DNA of 64,000 bases from positions 29,080,001 to 29,144,000 of the forward strand of contig NC_086118.1 in NCBI RefSeq assembly GCF_963921235.1, written 5' to 3'. Made by a program: the position numbers and the translations under genes. Position 1 is the first letter of the stretch. Each line of letters starts with the position of its first letter. A model generated the notes under the pieces. The model was not told where the DNA came from. It was given only the letters and a program-made list of their open reading frames with translations, and did not search any database. The DNA is from Mobula hypostoma. Taxonomy: Eukaryota. Shown piece by piece: positions 62,349 through 64,000 of the stretch.

Positions 62349-63206
62349 GGTCAAGATGGCGCCAGTGTACAACACTCCCTCGGTCGGCATCTACCAGATA
62401 GTTCATGAAAAGTAAATTTCTTTTGTACTTCTCTTACATCTGGTTTTCACTTTAAATGTGCTCTGGGGATGGCTGGAGCCTGAAATTTACAGTTTGGAGA
62501 CTGTTTGAGGAACCCAGCTCTTTTCTGTCTTCGAGAAGAAGATCCTGGGAAGCGAACACGTACTTGGACGGCCTCGATGCGAAGAAACGTTGAGATGGAG
62601 TACAAACCGATGTTCCACTTTATTTCACCAGTTAGAGCGTCCATTAATTGTCGAAGAAGTACAAGACATCGAGGCAAATGCGGATGGCAAGCGAGAGTTC
62701 AGCACTGGCTGCAGGAGAAGGAATCTGTGAGTGGCCTTTTGCTGTGTGGTTCACTGTGGCAGGCAGGTCGGCCTCTCTGCCTCGTGTGGTGTCCCTCTCT
62801 TTTGATGATGAAGATGATATCAGAGGATGGTACCGTGGTTCTGCATTTATGGATTGGACTATTGCGCTCATGGTTTTTATATTCTGTGTTTTTCATCACC
62901 AGTTCCTTTTCTGTTTTGTTGTGTGAGGGGAGGGTGTTTGAGGGTTGATGTTTGTAGTTTCTTTTTGTGCAGGGAGGGGTTGTTTTTTGGGGGTTGATGT
63001 TCTTGTTCTGTTTTTGCGCAGGGGAGGGTGGGTTTTCGGGGTTGAAGATCGGGATGCCATTCTTTTTTGTGCGCAGGTGTGTGGGTTTGATCCTTTCTGA
63101 GCAGCTTTCATATTCTTTCTTTGGTTTGTGGCTACCTGGAGAAGACAGATTTCAGAGTTATATATGGATACATGCTTTGATAATAAATGAACCTTTGATC
63201 CTTTGA
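62349..63206 (+). mobile_element. Non-autonomous Rex-tailed retroelement
   Basis: Begins ggtcaagatggcgcc (YY1-like motif); no coding similarity recognised; ends tttcagagttatatatggatacatgctttgataataaatgaacctttgatcctttga, like the Rex tails at about 52960-53030. Confidence 0.6.
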
Positions 63207-63327
63207 ATAGACAGCAGAAAACAGAATGGAGAAAGCTCAGACATTTTAGGATTGGGACTGGGAATCTGTAGCAAATAAAACACTGTGGGGGCTGGGCTGT
63301 TTATTATTTATACTGTATGTAAATGAT

Positions 63328-63640
63328 TTGTTTATTTATTTAGGAATACAGCACAGAGTATACAGGAGCCTTCTAGCCCTTCAATCTCTGCCACACCAGC
63401 AGCCCCTGACCAACCCGGTTAACCCTAACCTAATCACAGGACAATTTACGCTGACCAATTAACCTACCTGGTAGGTCTTTAGATTGCGGGATGAAACCAG
63501 AGGACCTAGAGAAAACCCATGTATTTAACCGGGAGGATGTACAGAGACTCTTTAGAGAAAGGTACCGGAATCAAACTCTGAACTCCGGAACACCATGCTT
63601 TGTGATAGCATTGTGCTAACAGCTATGCTGCTGTGGCTCA
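63328..63640 (-). mobile_element. V-domain (HE1-like) SINE
   Basis: (ttta)n tail, taatcacaggacaatttac...gaccaattaacctac...gaaaccagaggacctagagaaaacccat. Confidence 0.8.
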
Positions 63641-64000
63641 CTTAGAAGAAGAGACTAGGTCTAATATATCCAACTGTCTTATCGTGCAATGCTAAGCAGC
63701 ATTCAAAGTTGTAAGATTCATCAGTATTGATCCTACTACCCTCATGTCAGTAGTGCAATATGACCTATCTATCTTCAGATTAAGTAGCCACATAATTATA
63801 TTAGTATGTATTTACATTTTAACAGATATCATTAATCTTAAAGTGAATATTTACCGAGAGGAATCCCAAATAATTCCTTCCTAATTATATTATTAACAGC
63901 AACATACAGTATAATTCTAGTGCAGATCCAAAGCAGGTGAACTTGTGCTGGCGTAACAAAATGATGTCATTAGAATTCTGATCAAAGGTTACATTTTTTC

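Noticed and set aside
62447..63206. Cluster of overlapping ORFs as a gene
   Set aside because: They lie inside a Rex-tailed repeat, are low-complexity on both strands and show no protein motif.

Overview
Eukaryotic, repeat-dense, apparently non-genic (intergenic or intronic) DNA. The repeat set suggests a cartilaginous fish, probably a ray or shark; this is inference from the repeats only. No host exon, rRNA, true tRNA gene or CRISPR array could be supported, and almost every ORF in the track is a transposon fragment or its antisense. Contents: 5'-truncated CR1 LINEs, Rex1/Babar-type LINE fragments, RTE-clade LINE fragments, an L2 remnant, V-domain (HE1-like) and other tRNA-derived SINEs, a Tc1-type non-autonomous element, a probable solo LTR, and at least ten insertions of a Penelope-like element (PLE; RT plus C-terminal GIY-YIG). 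The most striking signal is the PLE architecture. Most copies are head-to-head inverted repeats from about 190 bp to about 3 kb, including a near-perfect 2.28-kb palindrome at 56871-59153. Well-preserved copies have 13-16-bp target-site duplications, and one arm carries a conserved tail of about 35 nt that the other arm lacks. Arms that reach it carry a minimal type I hammerhead ribozyme motif (CUGANGA...GAAAC-GUC with a palindromic ACGU stem III), so the two best-preserved copies encode an intact motif on both strands. Boundaries of old repeats are approximate because they were read by eye.
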